Positions 23,290 through 34,756 of a stretch of 64,000 nt of DNA are shown here, in pieces. Source of the stretch: Naegleria gruberi. Taxonomy: Eukaryota. Each line of letters begins with the position of its first letter. The first letter of the stretch is position 1. The notes below the pieces were generated by a model. The model was not told the DNA's origin. It was given only the letters and a program-made list of their open reading frames with translations, and searched no databases. Where the stretch lies: the NCBI GenBank assembly GCA_000004985.1, contig GG738919.1, one strand, 5' to 3'. Made by a program: the position numbers and the translations under genes.

Positions 23290-24228
23290 ATGCATCATTC
23301 AGGAGTAACTTTCGAACGGAAAAAAATGGCCAAGGATAATCATAATGATGTAGCCGTGATCTCTGCATCATCTGTTTCCAGCAGCAACAGTAGTACTATC
23401 AACAGCAAGGAAAAGTCAACATCAACACCCAATCATCACGATGGTGTGAAGGATTTAATTACACTATTTGTAATGGTTGTGGTTATTTCAATTTCACAAT
23501 ACTTGGTCGGAACTTATTTGCAGTTTAATAATTTCAGCATGGAAATGTATTTTGCTTTGACATTTGTGGGTATTTTCACATTGGTTGGTGGATTTGAATT
23601 GTATTTCAAGGTAGGTGTTACTTGATTGTCAAAAAACAAATGGATAACACTTGATAACTGTTTTGATTTGTGAATGGGACAACAGACACAAAGAATTGTC
23701 ATTTCGAATTATCAATCAAAGAAGGACTATATTATTGCTCATAGTTTTATTGATGATTTAATACCATTCATTCCACACAGTATTTATTTGTACACATTTG
23801 GAGATTTGTTTATCATGTCGTGTCTAATTCCAACCTCTCCTAATTTGGAAACAATTATTAGAATTTTCTTTGGAATGTTGGTCGTTTGTGTGATGCAATG
23901 TTTGGTTTTCCTTATATTCCCATCAACAATTCCAGATAACTATAGACATGCAATTGATGAATATCAAACCAAGTATGGAAAGATTGATTCTTATACTTAT
24001 TCATTCTATAAGAAAATGTATGGAGTTGATTTGCATGCTAATGCCATTCCTTCTGGACATTGCTCAATTGCTACTTATTTGGCAATGACTCAGTGGAACG
24101 TTCTTGGACCAATTACATTGCTAAATCCTTTGTTAATTGCCATTAGTTGTGTCTGTACAAAACAACATGCTGCTTTGGACACTATTGTTGGTATTTTGTT
24201 TGGATTATTAATTTATAGCGTTGTTTAA
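23290..24228 (+). CDS. PAP2-superfamily (lipid phosphatase / phosphotransferase-like) multipass membrane protein, 2 exons
   Basis: Possible starts at 23290 or 23326 (aaaaaaATGG). Exon 1 ends 23610, intron 23611-23685 (75 nt, gtaggt..aacag), exon 2 is 23686-24228. PAP2 motifs PSGH and CTKQHAALD (SRxxxxxHxxxD-like). Several TM helices. Confidence 0.6.
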
Positions 24229-24375
24229 ACAATAATAGAATTTTAATTTGTAAATAAAAGGATGGACGAATAATTTATTAATTTATTATAAAAATGAAAT
24301 CATTTTTATTTACAATTCATTTTTAATTCAAGTTAAATAAATAAAGCAAAATTTATAGACCTAGTTATTGATAAT

Positions 24376-25808
24376 TTACAATTTTTCTCTCTTCCAGTTG
24401 CAGTTTTCAATGATAGTGGCAACAGCAGCACCGTGACCAATACACATACTTTGCAAACCATAACGCTTATTAGTTCTTTCCAATTCATTGACCAATTTAG
24501 TCATCAAAATAGCACCAGTAGCACCAAGAGGGTGACCCATAGCAATAGCACCACCATTTGGATTCAATTTGCTATCTGGAACATTGAAAGTCTTCTTCCA
24601 GGCCAAAACAACACTGGCAAATGCTTCATTAATTTCAAAAACATCAATATCATCAATTGACAATCCAGACTTTTCCAAAGCCTTTCTAGTTGCTGGAATG
24701 ACACCATCCAACATCATGACTGGATCACAACCAATTGAAATTCTAGTGACAACACGAGCTCTTGGCTTGAGTCCCAATTGTTTAACCTTTTCACCAGAAC
24801 ACAACAAGACAGCAGCAGCACCATCAGAAATTTGAGAAGCATTAGCAGCACTGATAACACCATCACGTTTAAAGACTGGCTTCAATTTGGAGAGTTTTTC
24901 AGTATCAACTGGATAACGAATACCTTCGTCATGCTTGAACCAAGTTTCAGTTTCTCCCTTCTTAACCTTAATTGGCAAAATTTGTGAATTATAAATACCC
25001 TTCTTTGAAGATTCGTATGCTTTACGATGTGATTCAACAGAGAATTCATCAATTTCCTTCTTTGAAATCTTGTAATGTTCAGCAATCAATTCAGCACTAA
25101 CACCTTGATGCAACAATTTATATGGAAATTTACCAAACTTCAATTCCTTTGGAGTGGCAGAAATTTGGAATAATTCTGGATCACAATCACTTCCCATAGG
25201 AACAACAGACATCATTTCAACACCACAAGCAACAATCATATCAACATCTCCAGAGGCAATAGCTTGAGCTCCGAAATGAACAGCTTGTTGGGAAGAACCA
25301 CACATACGATTCAATTGAACTCCAGGGACATGAACTGGATATCCAGCCTTCAAGAGAGCCAAACGTGGAAGATTGGCACCTTGTTCCTTGACAGGTGTAA
25401 CAATACCACAAATAACATCTAAATACGATCGAAATTAATCATCATCACCACACATTATAATAATTTCATAATAATATCAATATTTCATCATCATCATTAG
25501 CAATTATTAATAATAACAACAAAAGGAGAGAAATGGAATGAGAATTAATAGTCCGTATATATCAAAGATGATGAAAAGAGTTCATTCGAATTGAAAGAAC
25601 AATATAAAACAAACATACCTTCAACTTCAGCCTTGTTTACATTACATCTAGAGGTAACACTATCCAAAACATAGGATAACAAGGAGACTGGATGTATATC
25701 GTGCAAAGATCCTGTATTTCTACCCAATCCGATTGGTGTTCTAATACAATCGACAATATATACATCTCTTCCACAGGTATTTCCGGCAGTTTCGTTCATG
25801 CTCAACAT
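24376..25808 (-). CDS. acetyl-CoA C-acyltransferase (thiolase), ~410 aa, 2 exons
   Basis: Exon 1 is 25808-25619, intron 25618-25419 (200 nt, GTATGT..TTTAG on the minus strand), exon 2 is 25418-24376. Junction ...KAEVE|DVICGIVTPVKEQGANLPR. Thiolase signatures NRMCGSSQQAV, GVEMMS, and C-terminal GHPLGATG...CIGHGAAVA. Confidence 0.9.
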
Positions 25809-27133
25809 TTTTAGTTTTTCAAAGAATTTCTATTAATCAAATAATATTATATAATACAACAAGAGAGTTTCAACGCTATTGAAAGGCTCGAGGAGGTTTT
25901 TAGGCTTTTTTTTTTGATGTGGAAGGACAGTAAGCATCGCTGCAGAGGATGTTTTTTCATTTCGCACACACAAAGATTCTTGTAGGAAAATTGCAGTGAA
26001 AGATTTTATTCTCCTTAAGTGTATTTTGTAAAGTGGAGATCACTTTGTGCAGGGAAAAATTGAATGACCATAAAAATTACCATATTATTTGGATGTGTTT
26101 GATAAATTGGATGTAAGACTAACTTTTAGATGTAAGAACAAAGTATTAAAATGTTGTGTTTTTAAACAGATTGGTGTTTGAAGAAGCAATGGTTTTGAGC
26201 TTGAATCCTCTTTCTAGTATTCTTCTGATGGTTGAGAATTTGGTGAATGGAGACTTTCTTCAGATTTCATCATCAAGTAATGATGTGGTGTTTGAAGTCA
26301 TCAAATAGGCATTAATTTTTCAGGTTGGTCAACCATCATCACAATATAATAGGATTTCTGTTTCAATTTTTGGCGTTTAGTATAAACTTATTTCTTTAAG
26401 AAACGTTGAATGCTCACTGCAATCAATTTTTTTGATAGCCATAAATGCATCAAAGATATTGAGATAGGAAGAAACATTACTGTCAAACTTCCTCAATATT
26501 ACCCTCAATCCTCCACACTTAAACTTCCACTTTCCCTTAAAATACCTTGATGGAGGTTGAATATATATTGAATCAAGCACAGTAGTATGGAAACTGGCAA
26601 AAATTTGAAGACTAAACTGAATGCTGGCTTACTCAAACAAAACAAAAACAAGTAGAAAAGCGTTGTGGAAGGACTTGGATGTTGTGAATCAAGAAGTGAA
26701 TCTTGACATTGTTTCATTCCAAGAATCGTATATTGCGAATTGTCAAAATATCGAATTATAAAGGTGCCTGTTAAAGAATTCGCTACTGAATATCGTTCGT
26801 CTTCCCAAACCAATACATCCTAATCTTGGAAACGTGCCCTATTTGCACAAGTAAGGTTTGAGTTCCACATTTTGTTTGATACAGTGTTTCACCAAGGTTT
26901 CGTTATCTTCCAAAATTCGAAATATGGAAGAAATAATTAGCGGGGTAGATTCTTCCTTTTAACAGTCACCAGCACAATTAATGCGCGACCATTGAGGTTG
27001 ACTATTGAAATTCAGTCCACCCATCATTTGGAACGATTTCAAACCATTAGATAATCCTAATCCCAAGTCCAGACACCAATCCATAATTTAAATTTTAACA
27101 CAACAAAAAATTGAAACTCTAATCTTTTGAATA

Positions 27134-28383
27134 ATGCTCATGTACTCGCTGATAAACTCAACATTCTCGAACACAACAACAGCTAATTCATCATCACTCT
27201 ATGATGGTGATTGTATCAAGGTTGACCCATTTGGAAATGAGTATGTCCAATGGATGTACACTTCATTTGGAGAATGTGTTCACTCTTCGAATGAATTGGC
27301 TTCCTTCTATCTGGGTCTTGCTCTCTTACTCTTCTACTTTGGTATGATTCCTCAAATTATATTCAGAATTTCATAAAGGGAAATGCAAATGGACTTTCTC
27401 TCTTATTACTTGCTCAGTGGGCTGTTGCTGATAGCGCTAGTTTGATTGGAGCTCTTCTTTCCAGTCAATTATTCACTCAAATTGTGTTGGCTGTCTATTT
27501 TGTGATTATTGATATATTTCTAATTGGCCAATACATTTTCTACAATTCGAGAGAGGCTTACAGAAAGAGAAAACAGAAAAAATTGGATGTGAATGAGGGA
27601 GAAACTCCAATTCCAACCATTTCAGAGAATGTTTCTTCTTCACTCAATACCAGCTCTTCAATAATGACACCAGTGGAAGAATTGACTGGTTCTGCAGTGT
27701 TTGACACCACTCAAGAAATGGATAAGAAGGAGAGTAATTTCAATCCAGTTATTTACAAGTCTATATCTCAGGAATTGAATGACTTGGATCAATCAATAAC
27801 AAAGGAGGAAGGTCCAATTACTGAAGGATCTACCAGGATGAACTCACATATCATTGTTTCAGTTCTATCCATCACAATTGTATCAATTTTCTTCTGTTTC
27901 CAATTTTACAATCCATCTCCACAATCACTTTCACATAGCATTGGAAGAAAACTCTTAAATATTCAAGAAGAAGAAATCAAAGATCATAATGCTGTAGAAT
28001 TTCCACCTACTGAAGCAAAAAAGATTGTTGGATATGTGATTGGTTTCATCTCTACAGTTTGCTATTTGGGTTCAAGAATTTCACAAATTGTCAAAAACTT
28101 TAGAAGATCTAGTACTGAGGGAATGAATCCCATTCTCTTTGGAAGTTTGTTCTGTGGTTATATTCTCTATACTGTCTCCATCTTTCTATTCAGTGTGGAT
28201 CATTCTTTTCTCATGTCCAAATTTCCTTGGCTCACGACTAGTATTGGAAATTTAATGTTGGATGGGTTGATTCTGTGTCAGTATGTGTACTATACCTTTA
28301 TACGAAAGAAGGTCAAGAAGGTAGAGGAAGAATTGAAGGAAAAGAAACAGGATACAGAAAATAAAGTTCTCGATTCAATTTAA
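27134..28383 (+). CDS. PQ-loop repeat (cystinosin/LCT-family) membrane transporter; reading frame disrupted inside the first PQ motif (sequence error or pseudogene)
   Basis: ORF 27134-27376 ends ...GMIPQIIFRIS*. ORF 27442-28383 contains the second PQ motif ISQIVKNFRRSSTEGMN. The frame carrying GNANGLSLLLLAQWAVADSASLIGALL (first PQ-loop body) is open from ~27361, shifted relative to the PQII codons. A single inserted base near 27365 would give PQIIFKNFIKGNANGLS, a canonical PQ-loop. Confidence 0.55.
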
Positions 28384-28443
28384 ATCCAACTGTTATTATC
28401 TCACAAGTTAATACTACAAATGTGTTAATCCAAGTTGGATGGC

Positions 28444-29358
28444 TCATTCCTTCTTCATTATTTCAAAGACAGAGGCAAAATCTTCCTGACCCTTGATTTG
28501 TTCATCTCTATTACCAGCTTGTTCGTAGAGATTTTTGATTGTGGAAATAAGATTGGTGTTAACTTTTGAATCTTCTGCCATCTTTTCAATACAATCCAAA
28601 TCCTTGACAATACCATTGACTGAAAAGTTCATATCCGAGTAATCATGATTTAATAACCTTGGAAGTTTCATATCAAAATATTTAAAATAGAGGGCGCTAT
28701 CTCTGACAATATCTGCATACATATTTACATCGAGATCATTTGATTGGACAAGTGAAATAGAGTTGGCCAACACACCTGTAAGGGAGGCAACAAGGAAATT
28801 GAGTGAAAGTTTCATTTTGATAGCTTTTGATTTTTCTCCTACATGTTTAAGACTTCCAAAATTTTGTAAAACATTCAAAGATTCCACTCTTTCAAATAAT
28901 TCCTTTGAACATCCCAATAAAACTTGTAACTTTCCAGCAATGGCAACTGTATTAGTTCCCAAAACGGGTGCTTCAATAAATTCACCACCACATCTACCTG
29001 TCAATTCATCTAATCTTGCCGATTGTTCCACAGAAATGGTACTCATCTGAATAAACACCTTTCCACTCAATGGTGATCCACCCAATTTATCCAAATTTTG
29101 AAACACGACATCCACAATATTTTGATAATCAAATAACATGGAAATAATAATTCCAATCGATTGATCAGCAAGTACTCTTTGAATATCTTCATCGGACGAA
29201 GAAATTACATGACAAGAGGAAGGAAATTCCTTTACAAGATCCATCGCCTTGGTACTCGTCCTATTGTACACATACACTTCGTGGTTGTTGATAAGAAGAT
29301 GTTTTGCCATCGGAAGACCCATCAAGCCTAAACCAAAAAACGCAATCTTGTGAGGCAT
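28444..29358 (-). CDS. 3-hydroxyisobutyrate dehydrogenase-like NAD(P)-binding dehydrogenase (6PGDH-NAD-binding fold), 304 aa
   Basis: N-terminal Rossmann KIAFFGLGLMGLPMAKHL. Family-typical spacing of Gly and Lys residues. Single exon. ATG at 29358-29356. Confidence 0.75.
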   Translation of the reverse strand: MPHKIAFFGLGLMGLPMAKHLLINNHEVYVYNRTSTKAMDLVKEFPSSCHVISSSDEDIQRVLADQSIGIIISMLFDYQNIVDVVFQNLDKLGGSPLSGKVFIQMSTISVEQSARLDELTGRCGGEFIEAPVLGTNTVAIAGKLQVLLGCSKELFERVESLNVLQNFGSLKHVGEKSKAIKMKLSLNFLVASLTGVLANSISLVQSNDLDVNMYADIVRDSALYFKYFDMKLPRLLNHDYSDMNFSVNGIVKDLDCIEKMAEDSKVNTNLISTIKNLYEQAGNRDEQIKGQEDFASVFEIMKKE

Positions 29359-29417
29359 TGTTTAAATATTTTTTTTAATTTGTTTACAATATTGAATTTT
29401 GTTGAAACACTTTTTAT

Positions 29418-30029
29418 TTAATACTTTCTATAGTTGTGTTCTTGAGTAACGTAATCTTGGAATCTTGGATGAGCCTTCAAAACCTCCTTAGATTTGATAA
29501 TATGAGTAAATTGACTCAAATCAACTTCCTTAAATTGGAGTGCATAAACCATGTCCAAAAGAACAAAGTCAGCCCAAGTGAACTTTCCCTTGATGAGATG
29601 TCCATCTCCATTCTCTTCCAAAATCTTTTCCAATGCACCCAAGATTGTCTTGACTGGTCCTTCAAGGAAAACTTTCTTTTCTTGTTCTCTGGTTTCTTCT
29701 GGAGCAATGAAGAAAACTCTGGCATACTTATTGAAAAGTTCGTCAATGGCTGCAACATATTCTTCAGTTTGTGTGGCTTCAATATTGTCCTTTGGATACA
29801 AATCACCTTGTTGTGCCAAATATCTGGCAATTGCATATGTTTGATAAATGGTCAACTTGTCATTTACCTTTAAATATGGCATTTGACCATATCTTGTGTG
29901 TGGCTTGTGAGTTGGCCATTCATCTTTAGTGATACCAACAACCTTGTAATCAACATTGGCTACGTGGGCGATCAACTTGAGAAGTTCGGATCTTCCAGGA
30001 CCTGCAAAGTAAACAATTTCAACGACCAT
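29418..30029 (-). CDS. glutathione S-transferase, 203 aa
   Basis: Thioredoxin-like N-terminal domain with YFAGPGRSELLKLIA...GQMPYLKV. C-terminal GST helices. Single exon. ATG at 30029-30027. Confidence 0.75.
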   Translation of the reverse strand: MVVEIVYFAGPGRSELLKLIAHVANVDYKVVGITKDEWPTHKPHTRYGQMPYLKVNDKLTIYQTYAIARYLAQQGDLYPKDNIEATQTEEYVAAIDELFNKYARVFFIAPEETREQEKKVFLEGPVKTILGALEKILEENGDGHLIKGKFTWADFVLLDMVYALQFKEVDLSQFTHIIKSKEVLKAHPRFQDYVTQEHNYRKY

Positions 30030-30232
30030 TTTCTTGTGTTTTAGTTAAGATTAGAGTTTTGTTATTTGTTTTGAATTGGAGTGTGATGGAATGCAATTGA
30101 AGTGGTATTTATTCAGATGTGAAGATAGAATTAGTCCTTTCTTATCACGGGTGCACAATTTGTTTACAAAACTTATATCGGAACCTGTTTTGATCTTTCA
30201 ACTGTTGAAAAAAATTTGATTACATTGGCAAA

Positions 30233-30321
30233 AGGCGACTGAGGGAATTGAACCCTCGACCCTCAGTTATCTCGGCATTTCTGCCTACAAGACTGATGCA
30301 CTGCCACTGTGCTAAGCCGCC
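30233..30321 (-). tRNA. intron-containing tRNA, anticodon UGU (tRNA-Thr by anticodon), 17-nt intron after position 37
   Basis: Minus-strand read: GGCGGCT-TA-GCAC-AGTGGCA-GTGC-A-TCAGT-CTTGTA-[GGCAGAAATGCCGAGAT]-A-ACTGA-GGGTC-GAGGG-TTCAATT-CCCTC-AGTCGCC-T. All four stems pair perfectly once the 17-nt insert at the canonical 37/38 site is removed. TTTT follows on the minus strand. A Tyr(GUA) reading was tested and fails to pair. Confidence 0.7.
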
Positions 30322-30666
30322 TTACGATGGAAATAAAAAATAATAATTAATAAATTTGATTGGTAATGTGAGGAACCCAGTTCACTATTTAAAAGCTTTA
30401 TTCAGCATTATATATCTGGAAAAATTAGAAAGAGTGAGCTCAAAGATACATGATACATGATCGAGATTGAAATGAATGCTCAAGACAAGAAATTAATTAC
30501 AAGAAAATTATCACGAACTAAAACAGTACATAATGTAGGACATTGAATATTTCATGCGATCGCACCCAATCGGGATTTTTTATGTACTACATGCGCGGCC
30601 TTTAATTTGTAATCAATTTCTCTCTGAACAATTTTCATCGAACAAAATCATCAAAAACAAAAAAAA

Positions 30667-32018
30667 ATGGCCAAAGACACAAAGAAGGCAGTCGAAGATC
30701 TTGCAGAGGGAAAATCATCCTTGTGTTCACTCATCACCCGAACACTCCTTTCCCTGATCGCCGCTCTCATTCTCTTTTATCAAGTAAATTCCCTTACTAA
30801 ATCGCCACCTCCTAAAGTTTCCGATTTTTATCAAGATAAGCCATCCAAGTTGAATTATAATTTCCCATCGAGATTGATTAAAACAAATGGAATTTCCTTG
30901 AATGTAATTACTATGGGAAGAGAGGAAAATTTTGATGAAAATTATAGTGGAGAGAAGGATCCATTGATTATTTATCTTCATGGTAGGTTTAATAATTTAT
31001 TATTTGTGGATCATTGTTTAAATATTATATTGTGTGATGATTCTATGTTAAAATTGTTATAGGTTTCCCACAAGCTGCTGCTACTGTAAGTTTCAAGAAA
31101 CTTGAAGAATTTTCATACGAATTTTAATCTCAGTGTTGGACCTATCAATTGCAAGATTTTGCCAAGAGAAACTTTAAGTATGGAGAAAAGAGATTTGCAT
31201 TGATGGCACCTGATCTTCGTGGTTATAATACTAGTGACAAGCCAGATATTACAGATTTAAATAATTATGATATGGGTGAACTAGTTCATGATATTAAAGG
31301 ATTGATTGAAGGATATTACAAGAATGGAAAAGGAAAGGCTGTCCTTGTTGCTCACGATTGGGGTGCAATTATTTCATGGGTTTTGACATCTACTTATCCA
31401 GAAGTTGTTGAAAAGTTAATTGTTCTCAATGTTCCTCATCCAGTTTCAATGCAAAGAGAAATTGGTCAATTGCCACTCAAAACCATTTATGCTCAATTGA
31501 AGAAGAGTTGGTATATCTTGTTCATGCAACTTGGATTTTCAATTCCAGAAAATTATTTCAAGAATGATAATTACAGAGCCCTTGCATTTGCCTATTTGGA
31601 TTTGGCCAAGAAGGGTATTTTGACAATGGAAGATTATCATCACTATGTAAAGGGATGGGCTCAACCAGATGCTTTGGATGCAATGATGGCCTACTATAAG
31701 GGATTCATGACTGGAAAGTTTGCTAATGCTATCAAGATGAAATTGGGTTATCCAGATGCAAGACGTTATCCAAAAGTTGGACAAACATTGGAAGCACCTC
31801 TTGAACAACAAAAGGTTAAGGTTCCAACTCTTATTTTGTGGGGTAAGGATGATCTTGCCCTTATAGAAGAAACTGCTGATTTGAGCTTTAAGTATTACAT
31901 TGATGAAAGCGTTAAACCAAAGTCTAAAATTATCAAATTTGAAGCTGGACACTTTATTGCATTGGAAATTCCAAACACTGTCATTCAAGAAATTGAACAA
32001 TTTGTTACTCAACAATAA
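30667..32018 (+). CDS. membrane-anchored epoxide hydrolase-like alpha/beta hydrolase, ~407 aa, 3 exons including a 23-nt micro-exon
   Basis: Exons 30667-30982, 31063-31085 (23 nt), 31134-32018. Introns 30983-31062 (80 nt, gtaggt..tatag) and 31086-31133 (48 nt, gtaagt..ctcag). The spliced product gives IIYLHGFPQAAATCWTYQLQ...RFALMAPDLRGYNTSDKP, which matches the epoxide-hydrolase HGFPExWYSWRYQ...DxRGYG region. Nucleophile motif LVAHDWGAI. N-terminal TM anchor TRTLLSLIAALILFYQV. Confidence 0.8.
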
Positions 32019-32180
32019 TTGTAAATAATAAAACTATTCTATTTATTAAATTCTGAGTAGTGACTTTATTTCTCTATAATATACCTTAATTTCTTATATT
32101 TAACAAAATACAACTGCAATGGAATAAGATTTTTCCTAAGAGGAACCACTCTGGTGAAACAAGTATAATAAATAATTGTA

Positions 32181-34377
32181 TTAAGCATAAAATAACATCT
32201 TTTCCCATTCTTTCGATTCATTCAGTGAGGTCAAGCTTCCACATCTATATCCTCCTCTGCCAGTCAAATGCCATGAAATTTTATCTTTGCCTTCTGAAAG
32301 ATCAGCAGTACCTAGTTGAACTAGAGACGATCCAGAGAAACCAAATGAGTGATTCTTCCAGTGATAAAAGAAACATCCATTCTCCTTAGTGGTTTCATTT
32401 TCAAATGTTTCTCTCAAAACCTTTTGCTTCATACCCATAGCACAAAGTGCCAAAGCAGAAGAATTCTTGTGACGAGCGCCTATCAGAATACGAGTTCCTT
32501 TGATAGCTTGAATATCTGCTTCACTAGTTGGGTGATGGTATGGTTTGTGATAGTAGAGACACCAACCTTTCAGCTTACTAATTGGTACATCAGTACAAAC
32601 ACCGCTGACATAGAAAAGAGAACCTTCTCTGACTTTGAGACGAGCTGAATTGAACAAGTCAACTCTGTTTTGAAGTGAGTGAGCTCTGTAAGCTTCAAGT
32701 AATAATTCACTTGGGACAACCTTTGAAATTTCCACAAATTCATACAATTCAATAGGATCCAAAGTTGGGAATCTAACATTATGTAAAATATCGTACAATA
32801 GTTTGGCCAATTGTTGGCAGAAACTCTTATCGTGTGTATAATTGACAATCTTGAGAATTCTTTCCTTCTTTTGCTTCAATTCATCTGCATCTTGTTTGCG
32901 AGAGGCAGAAGGATTGGTTAACATAATTTCAGGATTGAGTGTACTATATGCTAAGGTGTCAACTTCCTCTTCATATTCATCATCTTCATCCACAACATCC
33001 TTATCTGTTTCATCATCATCGTCATGTTTTGGATTGAGTTCAGAAATTGATAATTCTGGACTTGGTTGTGGAGCTTTCTGTTCTGAAATTGAAAGATTTC
33101 TCTCAGTCAAACTCTCTGTCAGCCCAGATTTCTTCAAATGATCTGGAAGATTTTCCTTCGAAAGTACCTTACTAGAACCATCCATTCCATAAGAGATGAC
33201 AGTCTTAGTTGGAGTTGAAGTACTTCCAACACTATTCTGATGACCTGAAGCAACATGTGTCTGTACAGTAATTTGATTTGCACCTGATTTTGGTGAAACA
33301 ATTTGCACACCCATTCTGTGAATTAATTGATGTTTTCCCCAAATAACGACAGCAATGAAAATATCCAATTCACCCAAGTGAATCTTGTCAGATTTTAACA
33401 AGTCAATCAGGGTTTCCTTTGTAATGTTTAAAAAGCTTTCCGAGAAGAACATTTGATTTGCATTTTCTTCCAAATATTCTTTACAGTACTTTCTCAATTC
33501 TAATAGTTTAGGATAAACGTCAATGACAAAAATACATACCATCAAAGTTATGGAATGATGATTCTTCCAAAACATCAAATACATTATCGGCTGATACACA
33601 ATCCTTCACATATTCAATACATTTCTCCTTCACTATTTGTACACCCAACTCATCACTCAATTTCAAAACACCAAATGCATTAAAATGATTAATATTAATC
33701 ACAGCTGAATAAAAGAAATCCAACAAGCACTTGAAATCATCTGGTCTCTTATCTGGAAACTTTAAATAACCCTGCATACAGTCTTTCATTTGTGAGTGGA
33801 ATAGTTTACTGAAATATTCACAACGAGCACATAAAATAGCTCTGTGTACTTTAAATTCCACAACAGAGCAGTCATCTGATGGATAATACTTGTTTTTAAA
33901 CTTGTCAGAGCTATTAGTTGTCTTGTAAGGTTTATCCTCTTCCATACTTCCAATCAATTTTGAAGGACCCACAACAATTGTCAAATCGGACATTATTTCC
34001 GATTCGAATAGTTTCATAATATCTTGTCTATATTGTTGTAAAAGTAATAAATCAAAAGAAGGATCCTTCTGTGTGGTCGATGAATTTGGTTTCCCAATAG
34101 AAATAGTTCTACTTCTAGCTGATGATGCTGATGAAGTTCCTGTGGTCAATCCAGTAACTCCCAACTTGGGAACAGCAGTTGTTGGTGTGGTGACACTTGT
34201 TGTTGCAGTCACTACTATTGAAGTAGCACCACTTGCAGAGGCAGCTGTACTTGCGAGAGTAGATGATGCTGAAGTTGTAGTAGGAGTCAATGTTGAGGAT
34301 GGTGTTGTTACAGTGCTGGGAGTCGATGATGATGATGAGGAAGTAACAGCAGTAGTGGAGGCGCTTGGAAGAGTCAT
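32181..34377 (-). CDS. BTB/POZ-BACK domain protein, ~718 aa, with Ser/Thr-rich N-terminus; 2 exons
   Basis: Exon 1 is 34377-33540, intron 33539-33500 (40 nt, GTATGT...CTATTAG), exon 2 is 33499-32181. BTB core DLTIVVGP...EFKVHRAILCARCEYFSKLF. Junction ...SSFHNFD|ELRKYCKEYLEENANQMFF (BACK-like). The unspliced reading hits a stop after FDGMYFCH. Confidence 0.75.
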
Positions 34378-34756
34378 TGATAATTGTTCTCTCTAGATGT
34401 AAATATTTACAAAGTGACTATGGTGGTTTGTTCTTTCCAAAATCAACTAAACACAAGCAGTAAATTGTTAGTAGTTGTTGATTCAGTGTGGTGCCTTCGG
34501 AAAAGTGGAGGATTTGATTTTGTTTTTTAATTTTTTAAAATCATTATCGCGTGATGTTTGATCCGAATCAGCACCAAGAGAAGTGAAGAAATTGGAACTG
34601 TGCTGAGGAAATTCGCAGAACACGATTTTACTGTTCTTTGTTATATTAAGGAGCACGATAATGTTAGATTCACTTTGGTGATTGTGTTGATCTAGTTCAC
34701 ACAAGAGAATGATTGCCAAATGTTTGTGATTCAGTCATTTTTGATGTGAGCTCGTA

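Noticed and set aside
26000-27130. Small ORFs (26377-26813) in the 1.3-kb thiolase / PQ-loop divergent spacer
   Set aside because: No ATG context, no motifs and overlapping frames. This is treated as intergenic or promoter DNA.
27342-27366. Very short GT..AG intervals considered as introns: 25 nt at 27342-27366, 17 nt at 35429-35445 (minus strand), 23 nt at 51197-51219 and 12 nt at 35957-35968 (minus strand)
   Set aside because: They are below plausible spliceosomal size, and/or removal does not give the required frame or destroys a conserved motif (PQII). Longer alternatives or indel explanations fit better.
30233-30321. Alternative reading of the intron-containing tRNA as tRNA-Tyr(GUA) or as a long-variable-arm Ser/Leu tRNA
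   Set aside because: With GUA in positions 34-36 the required 3' anticodon-stem strand GACTG is absent. The long-arm model cannot form a 5-bp anticodon stem. The Thr(UGU)+intron fold pairs perfectly.
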